Assembly (NCBI GenBank): GCA_051599415.1 | Contig: AP039693.1 | Location: 620,001-684,000, forward strand | Reading direction: 5' to 3' | DNA length: 64,000 nucleotides | Source of the DNA: Savitreella phatthalungensis | Lineage: Eukaryota | The notes under the pieces: model-generated | What the model was told of the DNA's origin: nothing | Seen by the model: only the letters and a program-made list of their open reading frames with translations | Databases searched by the model: none | Program-made: the position numbers and the translations under genes | Shown: piece after piece, positions 19,245 through 32,045 of the stretch | How the letters are laid out: each line of letters opens with the position of its first letter | How positions within the stretch are numbered: the first letter of the stretch is position 1

Positions 19245-21983
19245 ATGCCTGGCGAGCAGTCTGCGCAGATAAACCAGTCTGTAGGTCAAGACATCCAGCG
19301 AGAGTCTCATCAGGCATCCTCAGGATCGAATCGGCAGGCAAACGCGCCATCGTTTGACGAGGAAGACGAGACGCTCGACTGGGACACACTCAGCCAACAA
19401 GAAAAACAGTCAGAGCAGCTAGCAGATGCAACGGCAGATAAGAATGAGCAACAGTCTAGCAGCAGCGAAGAAAACGTCTCGAATCCGAGCGTGACGAGTT
19501 TGAAGGCCATTCGGCGACGCAGCCGTGGTACAGAGCTCCTTCTCCACCGCATCACTCTCAGCAACGGTCTTGACGATATCCCCGAGATTCAGAGCCCAAC
19601 GGAAGCTGTCACAGCCTCGAAGCGTAACAGTTATGCATCCTCCCCGGCAATATCGCGAAGGTCCTCTGTCAGGCAGGCAAGGCAATCCGTACAAGAAGCG
19701 GCCGCTGCCGACGACGCTGCACAAAGACGCAACCTGCGCCGTCGCTCATTGCGCAGCACCATTGTTTCCCATCGGCGGCAAGAATCAGAAGGACAGGCAT
19801 CATGCATGCTAACAGATCTCGAGCTCTGGACTGCCTTGGTGTCTGATTACCGTACCACGGCACAGCGTCTCCCTACCCTGACAACGCGAAAGATCAGACA
19901 AGGCATTCCAGATCCTCTGAGGGGACTAGTGTGGCAGGCGATCGTCTCTGCTCGAGACACCAATCTCGAGGGACTTTTCGAGCAGCTCACACGAGAGAAA
20001 AATCCGCCCTTCGAGCGTGTCATCGAACGCGACCTCGCACGCACGTTTCCTCAGGTCGAGATGTTCCGCAAAGAAGGCGGAGAGGGTCAGATGGACCTAG
20101 GCAGAGTCTTGAGAGCCTACTCCATCTACGACGCTGAGCTCGGCTACTGTCAAGGTCTTGGTTTCATCGTCGCACCACTCCTGCTCAACATGAGCGACTG
20201 TGAAGCATTCTGCTGCCTCGTCCGCATCATGGAGCATCACGGGGTTCGGGCCATGTTTCTTCCAACTCTTGAAGGACTCAAGCTACGATTGTACCAATTC
20301 GAGAAGCTTCTGGTCGAACATGCGCCTGATCTTGCGGCTCATCTCGAGTCTATCGACGTTCGACCAGCCCTCTATGCAAGTCAATGGTTCCTGTCGTTAT
20401 TCGGAGTGACCTGCCCACTCACCACACTTCACCGCATGTACGACATCATCCTGGCGGAAGGTGCTTCGGAAACGATCATGCGCGTCGCTCTCGCTTTGTT
20501 GATTCGAAACAAGGACTTTCTCTTGGCTGCAGACATGGAGTCAGCGATGCGCCTTCTTCTGGGTAGCGAACTGTGGACAGCCTACGAGGGCAACGACGAT
20601 ATTCTCGTCGCCGACGCCGTCACATTCACACCATATGTCACAACTGAAGTGTTAGGAGAGCTTGAGCGTGACTATGTGCCGGAAGATTACAATCAGCACG
20701 CGCGAAGCTACAGCTCGGTCTCGGCCTCCGCGCGCCCCACATCTACGTCGTCTCAATCACACGTCACGAGAGGACTCAGTGCTATCGCTACTGGCCTGCT
20801 CACTCGGATCAATCCAAGTCGAATATTCTCCGGAGGCCACAGCCAGGCTCCGTCCTTGGCCGAGTCGATCACCCTTTCGCCAGCAAACGGGAGGAAGCGC
20901 GCATCTGCACGTCGCTCTATGCTGGGTACGACCGTTACAACATCCGATAGCACATCAGTGCGCACTTCCGGCCTCGAACTAGTCACGGACGATAATTCCT
21001 CCCAAACTTCCGCAGGAACGCATGCATCTCCAAATGCAGACTCCGTCCTGGCGTCCCTGAAAGAAGACAACGATGTCATGCGAGAGCAGATGGGCCAGCT
21101 TGTGGAAGCATTGTCGCAAGCTCATACAGACGCACACGACGCCAATGAGCGGGCTACCGAAGCGGAACAGAAGCTGAACGACTTCAAACTTCTTGTACGT
21201 GAGCTCTTCATCGCCCTCGCGATGCCGCACGAATCCGAGGCGGCGGAGCCGCCAGCGCCAATAGCACAGACGCCTGTTCCGGTGCCAGAAGTTACAGTCA
21301 CCGAGCCAGACGACTTTGATGCAGAAGCCGGCCTTGGGCCGCTCGTCACGCACGAAGCCGTGTCCCCGTTCACTCCTGCCGCAGAATTCTCAGGAACCTC
21401 AGGCGCACATCAAGGACCATCCCGGCAAGCCTGTATTAACCGATGGTGTCTAGAGCTCCAAACGCAACTGGACAGTTTCCCTCCATGTAAGGAGGATGCG
21501 GACGTCTATGATGCCCTTCGCAGTGCCGAGGCTGACCTCGCGAAACTAAAGTCAGAGCGGGAAGCCGTCTTGGCACAGCTACATCGCGGCCAGCTGCCAA
21601 GTTTCAATGCTCCTCCCAATGCCGACACAAGCGATGAAGACGATCTCCACAACCTCAGGCTAGAGCTGTCAAAGACGAAAGCAAGTCTCGCGCTGGCGCT
21701 TGGCGAGGCTGAGGAAGCTCGGTTTCTGTTGTCGAAGCAGAGGAGGCCTAGCGCGGTCGACGGAATGCCAACGCCGAAATCTGTGCCGCGAGCTACACTG
21801 CTCGAGCGCTCTGAGAGCGCGCCTGCACGGCCAGCTGACAACGACGAAACAGCAGCAGCAGGACTGTCGTTAGACACGAACGTCCTCCATGCAAGTGGCG
21901 CAAAGACTTCAGACAGCGATACTGCTGCAACACAAAGCGCTCCAGTCACTGGCTGGTTCAGTAGCTGGACGCGACGTTCATGA
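19245..21983 (+). CDS. TBC-domain Rab GTPase-activating protein (Gyp5/Evi5-like) with C-terminal coiled coils
   Basis: GIPDPLRGLVWQ; IERDLARTFP (R-finger); GYCQGLGF (Q-finger); YASQWFLSLF. First ATG is at 19245. Confidence 0.92.
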   Translation: MPGEQSAQINQSVGQDIQRESHQASSGSNRQANAPSFDEEDETLDWDTLSQQEKQSEQLADATADKNEQQSSSSEENVSNPSVTSLKAIRRRSRGTELLLHRITLSNGLDDIPEIQSPTEAVTASKRNSYASSPAISRRSSVRQARQSVQEAAAADDAAQRRNLRRRSLRSTIVSHRRQESEGQASCMLTDLELWTALVSDYRTTAQRLPTLTTRKIRQGIPDPLRGLVWQAIVSARDTNLEGLFEQLTREKNPPFERVIERDLARTFPQVEMFRKEGGEGQMDLGRVLRAYSIYDAELGYCQGLGFIVAPLLLNMSDCEAFCCLVRIMEHHGVRAMFLPTLEGLKLRLYQFEKLLVEHAPDLAAHLESIDVRPALYASQWFLSLFGVTCPLTTLHRMYDIILAEGASETIMRVALALLIRNKDFLLAADMESAMRLLLGSELWTAYEGNDDILVADAVTFTPYVTTEVLGELERDYVPEDYNQHARSYSSVSASARPTSTSSQSHVTRGLSAIATGLLTRINPSRIFSGGHSQAPSLAESITLSPANGRKRASARRSMLGTTVTTSDSTSVRTSGLELVTDDNSSQTSAGTHASPNADSVLASLKEDNDVMREQMGQLVEALSQAHTDAHDANERATEAEQKLNDFKLLVRELFIALAMPHESEAAEPPAPIAQTPVPVPEVTVTEPDDFDAEAGLGPLVTHEAVSPFTPAAEFSGTSGAHQGPSRQACINRWCLELQTQLDSFPPCKEDADVYDALRSAEADLAKLKSEREAVLAQLHRGQLPSFNAPPNADTSDEDDLHNLRLELSKTKASLALALGEAEEARFLLSKQRRPSAVDGMPTPKSVPRATLLERSESAPARPADNDETAAAGLSLDTNVLHASGAKTSDSDTAATQSAPVTGWFSSWTRRS

Positions 21984-22067
21984 ATGATGAAATGATAAGA
22001 ACTAGACCGTACTCTAGGAGGTGGAAGGATAACGTGTAAATGCTATTGTAGTCTATCACGATGCTCG

Positions 22068-23805
22068 TCAGGGTCCCTCCATTTCTTGTGCCTGCTCCTC
22101 CATCCCTTCTGCGCCACCGGACTGCTGTTGCTGTGGGCCGCCCATGGAGCCCTTGCTGGCAGCCCGGGTGGCCGGACAGATGTCGTCGACGCGGAGCAAC
22201 AGACATGCAGACTCGATCGCCGTCTTGACAGACTGGACCTTGACGGCTGCGCACTCAAACACACCGTACGTCCGCATATCCGCCAGCACGCCCTGCTCGC
22301 CATCGATACCCCAGCTGGCACCTCCGTCAGAGCCGTCGACGTGCTTTGCACGAAGGGCAGCCAGCAGGCGGACTGGTGACCCGCCAGCGTTCTGGACGAG
22401 TGTTCGCGGGATGACCTCGAACGCGTCGGCAACTGCGCGTGTCACGTTCGCGCCAACGCCAGTCTGCTGCTTCGCAAGGTTGCCGAGAGCAACGGCCACA
22501 GCCATCTCCGTAGCGCCGCCGCCAGGGCAGAGCCGTGGGTCGAAGACGACGTTCCTGGCAACAGACATGGCGTCCTGCAGGTTTCGCTCGAGCTCGTTGA
22601 TGATGTCCTTGGATGGTCCGCGGAGGAGGATGGTGCATGCTTTCGGGTCACGGCAGCGTGTGAGGTAGGTGAAGTATTCGTCAGCGATCTTTTGTACCTC
22701 GAAAAGCCCGCATCCGGTACCGACGTCGGAAGCCTTCAGATCACCGACGTTATTGACGATCGTCGCGCCTGTAGCACGAGCAATACGGTTGTTGTCAGTC
22801 TTGCGCACTCTGCGAAGCGCTGTGACACCAGCTTTTACCAAGTAGTGCTGTGCAAGATCAGACACTCCCTTCTCGGTGATGACGAGGTCTGGCTTGTGGG
22901 CGAGGATGCCGTCACACAGCTGTTTGACCTGCTCCTCCTCAATCTCCAGGATGCGCTGCCAGTCTGACTCCTTTGTGACCTCGATAGCCGTCTGAGACTC
23001 TCCCTTCTTGTATTCCAGTGGACAGTCGAGTAGGATCACACGCGGGTTCTCGATACGTCGGCGCATATTTGGGTGAGTGATGTCTTTGTTGAGCATCACG
23101 CCGTCCAACACGCACGACTCCTCGACCTCGCCACCGGGGACCTTCTCCACTCGAGCGTATCTTTTGATGTCAACCTCACGACGAGTGCCGGAAGGATCTG
23201 TAACTGCCACGCATCGAACAGCCCGCAATGCTAGTGAGACCATCAACTCTGACCACCGGGAGGAGAACTTTGTGCCGATTGTGGTCTTGATTATAGAGGC
23301 CATCTCTGTGTCATTGTCGACGTCGACCTGCACAGCAATCTTCTCGATCGTCTCGAGCGCGGCTGCAAGGCACTCCTTCAGGGCAGCGATCATGACGACC
23401 GGGTGGATGTTGCGCTCGAGATGGGGTAAGCAGTGAGCCAGGATCTCGCCGGCGAGAATGATGACCGAGGTCGTTCCGTCTCCAACCTCTTCATCCTGCG
23501 TGCGCGAAAGCTCGATCATCGATTTCGCAGCAGGATGTGCCACCTCGATCTCCCGCAAGATTGCATGGCCGTCATTCGTCAGTAGGACACTGCCCATCGG
23601 GTCAAGCAACATTTTGAGCATCGCACGCGGACCGAGACATGTCCGAATGACGTCGGCAACAGTCTTTGCGGCTGTGATGTTGGACACCTGAGCCTTGCGA
23701 CCTGTAGTCCGCTGGCCCTGGCCGATATTGAGCACCATTGGTTGGCCTGAAGAACGAGTCAGTCGCTGAATCTACCAAGGGTATCTGTCATGTCCACTTA
23801 CTCAT
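22068..23805 (-). CDS. CCT3: T-complex protein 1 subunit gamma; exons 23805-23802 and 23746-22068
   Basis: TCLGPRAMLKMLLDPMG; EVGDGTTSV; YARVEKVPGG; PLEYKKGESQT. 55-nt intron 23747-23801 (GTAAGT...GACTGAC...TTCAG) gives MSQPMVLN. Confidence 0.97.
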
Positions 23806-24183
23806 CGTCTAGTCTAGCTTTCACCTGCTGAACTGAGCGTCTCTGCTTCACAAGAAAGGTTCAAAGACGCGACGTGCGCCTTTTGCTCTTCCTAGATGGT
23901 AAAGCTTACAGCACATGTGCGCGTGTGTGCATAAGAAATTTCCCTGTACAGGAGGAGAGGACAGTATACAGTGTATGGAGTATACAGTGCAGTAGTATAC
24001 AGAATTACAGGGAATATCGTGCATCTTTCACGAAAGTCAAGTGTTTGCACTGTTGGACAACACGAATGCATGAATGCAGGCATATGTCATAAACCACGAA
24101 GATCATGGCTTCAAGGGCTAGACAGTACTAGAGGCAGCGTTGAATGTATATCTGAGGTTCTCTTTCGACGGGCTGTATCGAGC

Positions 24184-25629
24184 ATGAGATGCTCGAGCTG
24201 CCTGAAGGCTAATACCCAGCCTTTCAGAGTGCTCAGACGGGAGCTACATACCCCGCGACCACGCTTGGATCTCAAGTATGTACGGGACAACCGAGATCTC
24301 GTCATTCAGTCTTGCAAGCTTCGAGGTGTACTGATCGAGGCAGCACATGTCGATCAGTGCATAGTAGAGTACGACTCTTACACGAAACTCACACAAGAGT
24401 TGAATGGTCTTCTCGCCCGCCGAAATGAGCTAACGAAGAGCCTGAAACGCAAAGACTTGGTAGCGGAGGAGAGACAGTCAATCATTGATGAAGCCACTGC
24501 TGTCAAGCCGATGATACAACAGCTTCAGGCAAGCGTTGACGCTGCAGAGTCGAAGGCTATCGAGCTAGCAAGCGTGTTGCCTAATGCAATCTCGCCCCAT
24601 ACACCTCATGGAGGCGAGAGCAAAGTGCGGATTTTGAGCTACATCAACGAGGAGAATCAATACAGATCCGAGGAAGAGTCCGCCGCGATGACAGAAAGGA
24701 TCGCCAGCGAGGCATCGGAGGCGAACGCTGTGCCTATACGTGTCCTCGATCACGTTGCAGTGGCTAAGCGATTTGATCTAGTCGACTTCGACAGCGCTTC
24801 CAGAACATCCGGCACTGGCTTCTACTATTTGAAGAATGCAGCTGTCCTGCTCGAACTCGCTCTCGTCCAGTACGGCTTGGCACGAGCTATGGCACGAGGT
24901 TGGAGTCTGGTCCGGCCGCCCGACCTGATTCGTTCTGAGTTCGTGCAGGCGTGCGGATTCGCCCCGAGAGATACAGCCGATCAGCAGCAGATCTATGAGA
25001 CCCTCGGAGACTTTCCTAACAGTCTCTCGCTCGCAGGGACAGCAGAAATTCCACTTGCAGCAATGGGCGTCGATCGTGTGCTGCCGCCATCGCCGACAAA
25101 GTTTGTTGGGCACGGCAGAGCATTCAGAAGGGAAGCAGGAGCTCGCGGGGCTGATACGCGGGGGTTGTACCGAGTCCACGAATTTACCAAGGTGGAGCTC
25201 TTTGCTTTTGCTCCTGCCACACAAAGTGACAGCCTTTACGACGAGATGCTGTCCTTGCAACGCAGTATCGTAAGGGATTTAGGACTGTGTGCACGTGTTC
25301 TGGAGATGCCCACACGTGAGCTTGGCGCAAGCGCCTTCCGCAAAGCTGACATAGAAGCCTGGATCCCATCGCGTGACGGCTGGGGCGAGATCTCGTCCTT
25401 ATCACATTGCAAAGATTATCAGGCACGACGGCTCAACACGCGAATTTCACCGACACCGCCTGAGACTCGAACCGAGTTTGCCCATACACTCAACGGCACG
25501 GCCGTCGCATGTGCCAGAATTCTCGTACCCGCTCTGGAGACATGGTACGACCCTCAGAAGGACGTCATCCGGATACCGGAGTCACTTCGACCATTTGCAG
25601 GAGGACTCGATGTGATCACACGACCGTAA
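24184..25629 (+). CDS. DIA4: Mitochondrial seryl-tRNA synthetase
   Basis: LAGTAEIPL; FRREAGARGADTRGLYRVHEFTKVE; EISSLSHCKDYQARRL; HTLNGTA. An Arg-rich presequence-like N-terminus starts at ATG 24184 (start inferred). Confidence 0.93.
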   Translation: MRCSSCLKANTQPFRVLRRELHTPRPRLDLKYVRDNRDLVIQSCKLRGVLIEAAHVDQCIVEYDSYTKLTQELNGLLARRNELTKSLKRKDLVAEERQSIIDEATAVKPMIQQLQASVDAAESKAIELASVLPNAISPHTPHGGESKVRILSYINEENQYRSEEESAAMTERIASEASEANAVPIRVLDHVAVAKRFDLVDFDSASRTSGTGFYYLKNAAVLLELALVQYGLARAMARGWSLVRPPDLIRSEFVQACGFAPRDTADQQQIYETLGDFPNSLSLAGTAEIPLAAMGVDRVLPPSPTKFVGHGRAFRREAGARGADTRGLYRVHEFTKVELFAFAPATQSDSLYDEMLSLQRSIVRDLGLCARVLEMPTRELGASAFRKADIEAWIPSRDGWGEISSLSHCKDYQARRLNTRISPTPPETRTEFAHTLNGTAVACARILVPALETWYDPQKDVIRIPESLRPFAGGLDVITRP

Positions 25630-25723
25630 TGATACGTAATAGACATTGAAGATCATAAAAATGTCGTTCTGGGCGTATCTATCCAGCCTACACATAGCCG
25701 CTCTAAGCTAGACATAGGACAGG

Positions 25724-28700
25724 CTATGCAGCTGGAGGATGGGGAGCGTGTACAGCGGCGATCGTCTGCAGGCGACTGATGCTGCGAGTAAGCATCTGCA
25801 GCCCACCACGGCTGACTGTAATCTTGAAGTGTTCGTCATCTACCTTGTCTTTTTCCTTCGCGTGCGTCGAATCGGATGGCTGGTTACTGCGCTCGACCGT
25901 CTGCAAAGCGCGTCGGATGACCTTCGAGAGGATCGATGGAGGACCTACATAGAGCCAACGGATCTCCGAGGCGAAGCTTGAAGCTGCCATCTCGATGCTA
26001 TTAGCAACAAAGTCGCGAGTCAGCAAATAGGCTCTTTCAGAATACTGCAGAGAGTGTAAACGACCATGCTCAGTGTCGCGGAGGTTTTCGTATCCCGGTT
26101 CATTGAAGTACGGCTCGCGTACAAGGATCAAACTCTGGATCGAGATGAAGACTTGAAGTAGCGACGACTTTGTCGTCCAATGCTCAGATGCAGACGAGCC
26201 TTGCCATGTTCCCAGCAGGGAGAGGCAGACCTTCCCGTCCTCGTACAGATTCGGGTTGATGCGCCCTGTTCCAGCCATCCAGGAATGAAAAAACACGGCT
26301 GGCGGCCGTGGACCGAAGTCGCCAGGTAGATGAACGTCAAATAGCATTGGAGCGTACTCATAAGGCGTACCTGGTGGCCCGATGATCATTACTCGTAATA
26401 GGTCGAGACGCGTTTCCCAGGTTCGAACCAGAATGCCGGAAGGCAATGATGCACCAAGGATGGCATATTCCTTGTTGATGCGCTTCAGATTTCCACTTCC
26501 TTGTGTCGCAGCTGGGGACGTGATGTAGTGATGTTCGGCAGGTGGATCTGTATCGAGAATTGTAAAAGGAGCAAAATGATCCGGGTCGGACGGCAAATCG
26601 CCACGAGATATAGGTCTCGCGGATAGAGGGGCTGGCACGGCTTCAGCTTGGGTCTCAAGCTCAAGCGGAGCCGTCAGCGCCGTGTTCTGCACTGCGGCAT
26701 CGACCATGGCTTCCTCATCATGCTCCTCGATCGCATCTCCATCGGCGGACTCCCAGTCGGAATTGTCGTCAGCGATTGCCCCCTGCTCGTCTGTCCAAGG
26801 TAAGTCCTCGGAGTTTTCGAGATCGAGCGGAGCAGCGTCGAGGCTCATCATATCGCCATCCAGATGATCGTGGTCGTGGTGATGATGGTGACCGAGATGA
26901 TCAAGATCAACGCGCACCAATCGGTATGGTGGCAGCGTCACCACAGCAGCCTGTGGCCTTTCGAATCCAAGTAAAACTCGACACATACCATCTTCATCAA
27001 GACTCAGAATTTGGCCGAACCACCGTGTGGAGAGTAACGAATGCTCGGCAGCCAGGCTTCCCGACGAACTCGGGTTGCTATCAGCAATCTCGATCGCGCT
27101 TGGTGCAGTGGTACCAGAGACAGCTTGCTGTAGAACGGAATCTCGCAAATTCGCAAGTAGCTGACTAGCAGTACGGGTGATTTGTGCCGCTATGGCGGAC
27201 GTTGGCGCTGCCCTTTGAAGGTCTGATGTAACGGCCTGTGCAGCCTGCTCGTCGTCCATGATCAGTACGAAGTCATTGAAGTCAACCTCGAGATCCTGTA
27301 GTGGTATTAAGTCATAGACAGTTGACTCTTGACCAGTGGCTTCTAAAGTGCCCGTTGGACTATCCGGTCTGACAGTCTCAGCGACTTCCCAGCGTATATT
27401 GGCGATTCGATCCGCAGGAGATACGCTCTGAACAACACCACGTCGCCCACTCATTTTGTGCTCCACAGGATCTGCAGGCCACACATCGAACTCGTCAATA
27501 TTGACGTAAGGGACGAGATCGGTCGAGATATGCCGGCTATAAGAGCCGTCCTGCCAGTGCACTTTCATTTCCTGATCCACTTGCTCCACCCGCCACTCGT
27601 CGATCAAGCGTAAGGGACTTTCAGTCATGGAAGTACAACGCTTGCGGAACTCCTTCACCGGAAGCCGCGGCGTGTCCTTGAATCTGATCGCTTCCCCGAT
27701 GTCAAATGCGGTGCTATCCATCGAGGAAATGAACACAGCCACGTCATCGAGTGTCGGACCCGAGCTCGAGGTCTTGGTTGCGCGTGAAGGAATCCGCATC
27801 GGCGGCTGCTTTGAGACGCTCTGAGATGATGTCATCCGATGATACAGCCAACTAACGTGCAAGGCAGTCGCTTCTAGATGCAAAAGCCGACCTCTGCGGA
27901 ACGTCGGTTTGCCTGGACAGTCGATCTTGATGCGGTCAATCTGTGCCACATCCTGCGGCGGAGGTCTGAGGACTCGCGTCGAGGAGGTCTTCAGGTTGAT
28001 GGTGTTCTTACTCGCGGCCATCTTCTCGTCAAAAAGACACACTCCCCCTGGCACGAGCGTGTCATCGGCGTGGGCCCATCGCTCGTATACCAGGTTGCAG
28101 GCGAGACTGTCGAGGATCTTCACACCGTCGGTGATAATGACAGATCCGTCGTCTGCGAACATGAATGTCGCCTCGTCCTCAACCTCCTCAATGACACCTA
28201 TCCAATCTCCACAGCAGACGATAGCGTCCATGTACCACTCTCGTGCTTTGATTACCTCTTTGGAAGACACTCTGCGAGTCCGTTCCGTCACAAGGTTGCG
28301 AACAACGAGAGTGGTCTCGATATCTGTGACAGTTCCGGACAGCGGATCTGCAATGTCACGTTTGACATGATGACCGAGCTCGAACAACCTTGCTACAACC
28401 TCGAGTTTGTTTTCGTCGATCACAGTGAGCAATGGCAAGTAAGAGCCATCCTCCTGACGACCAGATGCAGAGCTTCCGTGTATGATGACGTCCGCGCCTG
28501 CTCGCCGATCTTCCACAAGATCGCTGTGTTTCGTGATGATGTCCTGGGCAGCTGAAATCCGGTCGCGCCGCATGCCCGGGAGTCTCCAAATCACTTGCAC
28601 CTGGCTCGTTGAAAGGCTTGGCGTCCAGCCATGAAGTGCAGGGTCGTCAGAGGTATCTATATCCTGCCAGCATCGTAGCACCGTTCCCCAAACACAGTCC

Positions 28701-28801
28701 TGATTGCATGTTTCTTGAGGTAGCCCTTCACCTTTAAGCACGACAGTGTCGGCTACATGGCATCTGGCGCGCTTGCGCCTAACAGTCGCAGGAGAGGGCA
28801 T
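25724..28801 (-). CDS. UBE2O: UBE2O-like large E2/E3 hybrid ubiquitin-conjugating enzyme
   Basis: C-terminal UBC domain: LPSGILVRTWETRLDLLRVMIIGPPGTPYE...RINPNLYEDGKVCLSLLGTW; conserved upstream VHWQDGS and GVVQSV...R.A.IRW blocks. Start uncertain. Confidence 0.9.
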   Translation of the reverse strand: MPSPATVRRKRARCHVADTVVLKGEGLPQETCNQDCVWGTVLRCWQDIDTSDDPALHGWTPSLSTSQVQVIWRLPGMRRDRISAAQDIITKHSDLVEDRRAGADVIIHGSSASGRQEDGSYLPLLTVIDENKLEVVARLFELGHHVKRDIADPLSGTVTDIETTLVVRNLVTERTRRVSSKEVIKAREWYMDAIVCCGDWIGVIEEVEDEATFMFADDGSVIITDGVKILDSLACNLVYERWAHADDTLVPGGVCLFDEKMAASKNTINLKTSSTRVLRPPPQDVAQIDRIKIDCPGKPTFRRGRLLHLEATALHVSWLYHRMTSSQSVSKQPPMRIPSRATKTSSSGPTLDDVAVFISSMDSTAFDIGEAIRFKDTPRLPVKEFRKRCTSMTESPLRLIDEWRVEQVDQEMKVHWQDGSYSRHISTDLVPYVNIDEFDVWPADPVEHKMSGRRGVVQSVSPADRIANIRWEVAETVRPDSPTGTLEATGQESTVYDLIPLQDLEVDFNDFVLIMDDEQAAQAVTSDLQRAAPTSAIAAQITRTASQLLANLRDSVLQQAVSGTTAPSAIEIADSNPSSSGSLAAEHSLLSTRWFGQILSLDEDGMCRVLLGFERPQAAVVTLPPYRLVRVDLDHLGHHHHHDHDHLDGDMMSLDAAPLDLENSEDLPWTDEQGAIADDNSDWESADGDAIEEHDEEAMVDAAVQNTALTAPLELETQAEAVPAPLSARPISRGDLPSDPDHFAPFTILDTDPPAEHHYITSPAATQGSGNLKRINKEYAILGASLPSGILVRTWETRLDLLRVMIIGPPGTPYEYAPMLFDVHLPGDFGPRPPAVFFHSWMAGTGRINPNLYEDGKVCLSLLGTWQGSSASEHWTTKSSLLQVFISIQSLILVREPYFNEPGYENLRDTEHGRLHSLQYSERAYLLTRDFVANSIEMAASSFASEIRWLYVGPPSILSKVIRRALQTVERSNQPSDSTHAKEKDKVDDEHFKITVSRGGLQMLTRSISRLQTIAAVHAPHPPAA

Positions 28802-29222
28802 GCAGTGTCGCACAGCTTCGCGACAGGCGTCGGAATGTCTTAGGCAGCTTTATGTCATTGTTTCTTGGTACCTCATAATAGAGGCGTACGCACATCCTGT
28901 TTTCACGGGCAAATTATTTGATGCACGCCCGAATCGCCCAAATCGAGCAGATATTGATGCGAGCTTCACGATCGTCACCAGGTGCTCTGGACAAACATGC
29001 TGTTGGTGTGGTTTGCGTTTGATTGCTGTCAGGTCGTCCTGCTGTCATTATTGTGTTGTGTCAAAATATCGCACGAGGCGACAGCCTTCTTTGACGCCTT
29101 ATCGGGCAATCGAGCAAAGGTAGCATTCCGAAGCGCTTCATACATTGCACGACACGTTGATCAGACGGCTTCTCTTGCGTATTAGTGACAAGATTCACCG
29201 TGGCTGCTCGCTCTTCGCTCAG

Positions 29223-29260
29223 TGGCTTTGCTTCGGCGCAATGGCTTTGCTTCGGCGCAA
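29223..29260 (+). repeat. Exact 19-bp tandem duplication
   Basis: tggctttgcttcggcgcaa x2 (29223-29241, 29242-29260). Confidence 0.9.
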
Positions 29261-30546
29261 TTGTGCCCCGGACGTGAGGCAACTCACGGAAATCATATAG
29301 GAAGTTCTTCTTCAACGAGGCAAGTGATTCATAGTGTCAAGGTGTATAGCTTGTTATTCAGATCTTGTATGCCATGCGTATACCTCCGTTCAGGGCATCG
29401 ACTTCGCATATACTGTAGATTACAACAGCTGCAATTAGGATCGGTCAGGAGAGTCGGGTGAGTATCTTGGGATTCCAGGACTTCTAAAATTGGCATCTTG
29501 CTCCTGCATACTATTTGCGATCTTGGCGCGTAACACTTCGCTTTCACATCCAGTCAAAACAATTGGGGCTAAAAGAAAATGCACAAGACTTATGATAGCA
29601 GAAACGAAGCAAGTTTGATTGCCTTTACAGAGGACAGCTAAGAGTCGCTCGTCCGTTTGAAAGACAATGGCGACAATGTGCCTGCTTGGTAGATTGATTC
29701 AAGACACGTCTCAGATCAACTGTGGCCCTCCTCAGCAAGAGAAGCTTTTCTTTATGAGTTCTCTAGCGTGACTCTCCCACCGAAATTTGCTCTTCTAAAT
29801 TCTTTTTTAGTGCATAAGTCATTTATCCATCTGGGTATGGGCTATCATGCCTTGTGCATGTGCGTCATACCCGTCGGGTATGCCTGGGGGGTCATGAATT
29901 ATCACTCCAGACTGGGTTAGAGAGTCACTGTGTAATCGATTACAGACAGGTCAAACTGCTGAGTGTGTATGGGATCTATCGATGCCAGCCAGTTCTGTGC
30001 GTCAAATCAAATAATCTGGTTCTGACATGGGCCAAAATTCTGGCAGCATTCTAAATGGGACTAGAGACTGCCGAATTAGATTGCACTTCAGGGAGTGCTG
30101 TATCAAATACTGAGATACTTAGATGAGCGTCATAGGCGTCATCATCACTGCTCTCAGCTACGACTACAATCATCCGACCAATCCGCGGACACATGTTCAA
30201 TTGAACTCACAAATTCGACTTCACTATGGAGATTAAATATCGATCACTCCTAGTACACTTAGTTGAAAGGGGTCTAAACTGATAGTTGAATTGCTGATTT
30301 ATTCTGGGTGATATAATCTCCAGATCCACTTCAGATTCTCTCTAATTCCGACCTAGTTGAATGTCCCGTATAACACTGTTGGTTGATGGTTATTATCGGA
30401 CCGGCTTTATTTTATCCAACAACTAAAGCCAGGCGCCAATTGCCTGGGCCAATTGAGTGATGCAGCTTTAGCCCACCTAGCGTGCCCAGAGTTTCCCCCG
30501 TGGATCGCGTCGGTCAGCGTGGCCGTCGCAGCGAACGAACAGACAG

Positions 30547-30590
30547 ACGTACGTACGTACCACCACCACCACCACCACCACCACCACCAT
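30547..30590 (+). repeat. (ACGT)3 followed by a (CAC)9 microsatellite upstream of actin
   Basis: Read directly at 30547-30558 and 30561-30587. Confidence 0.9.
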
Positions 30591-30791
30591 CCACCAGCAC
30601 GCTACGCAATACCGGTACACCTTCCAGTCACCATCACCACAGGTGGATACTACTCCGTCGGACCAAGCAGCATCGACAATTGCAGCAGCACTCCTCTAGA
30701 GGATCAGCTTTTAGACTCAAAAGTCCGCCAAGAAAGCAGTTCAGTAAAGCTCTTTCCCTCTCCTTCCACCTTCTTCACCTAATAACTAGCC

Positions 30792-32045
<1,254 letters not shown>

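Noticed and set aside
29260..29575. RNase MRP-like GCCCCGGAC ... ACAATTGGGGCT pairing
   Set aside because: The conserved GAAAG of CR-I and the P8 GARAR loop are absent.
29619..29632. U5 loop-like GCCTTTAC and U6-like ACAGAG
   Set aside because: One T short of U5 loop 1, no closing stem, and no other snRNA motifs.
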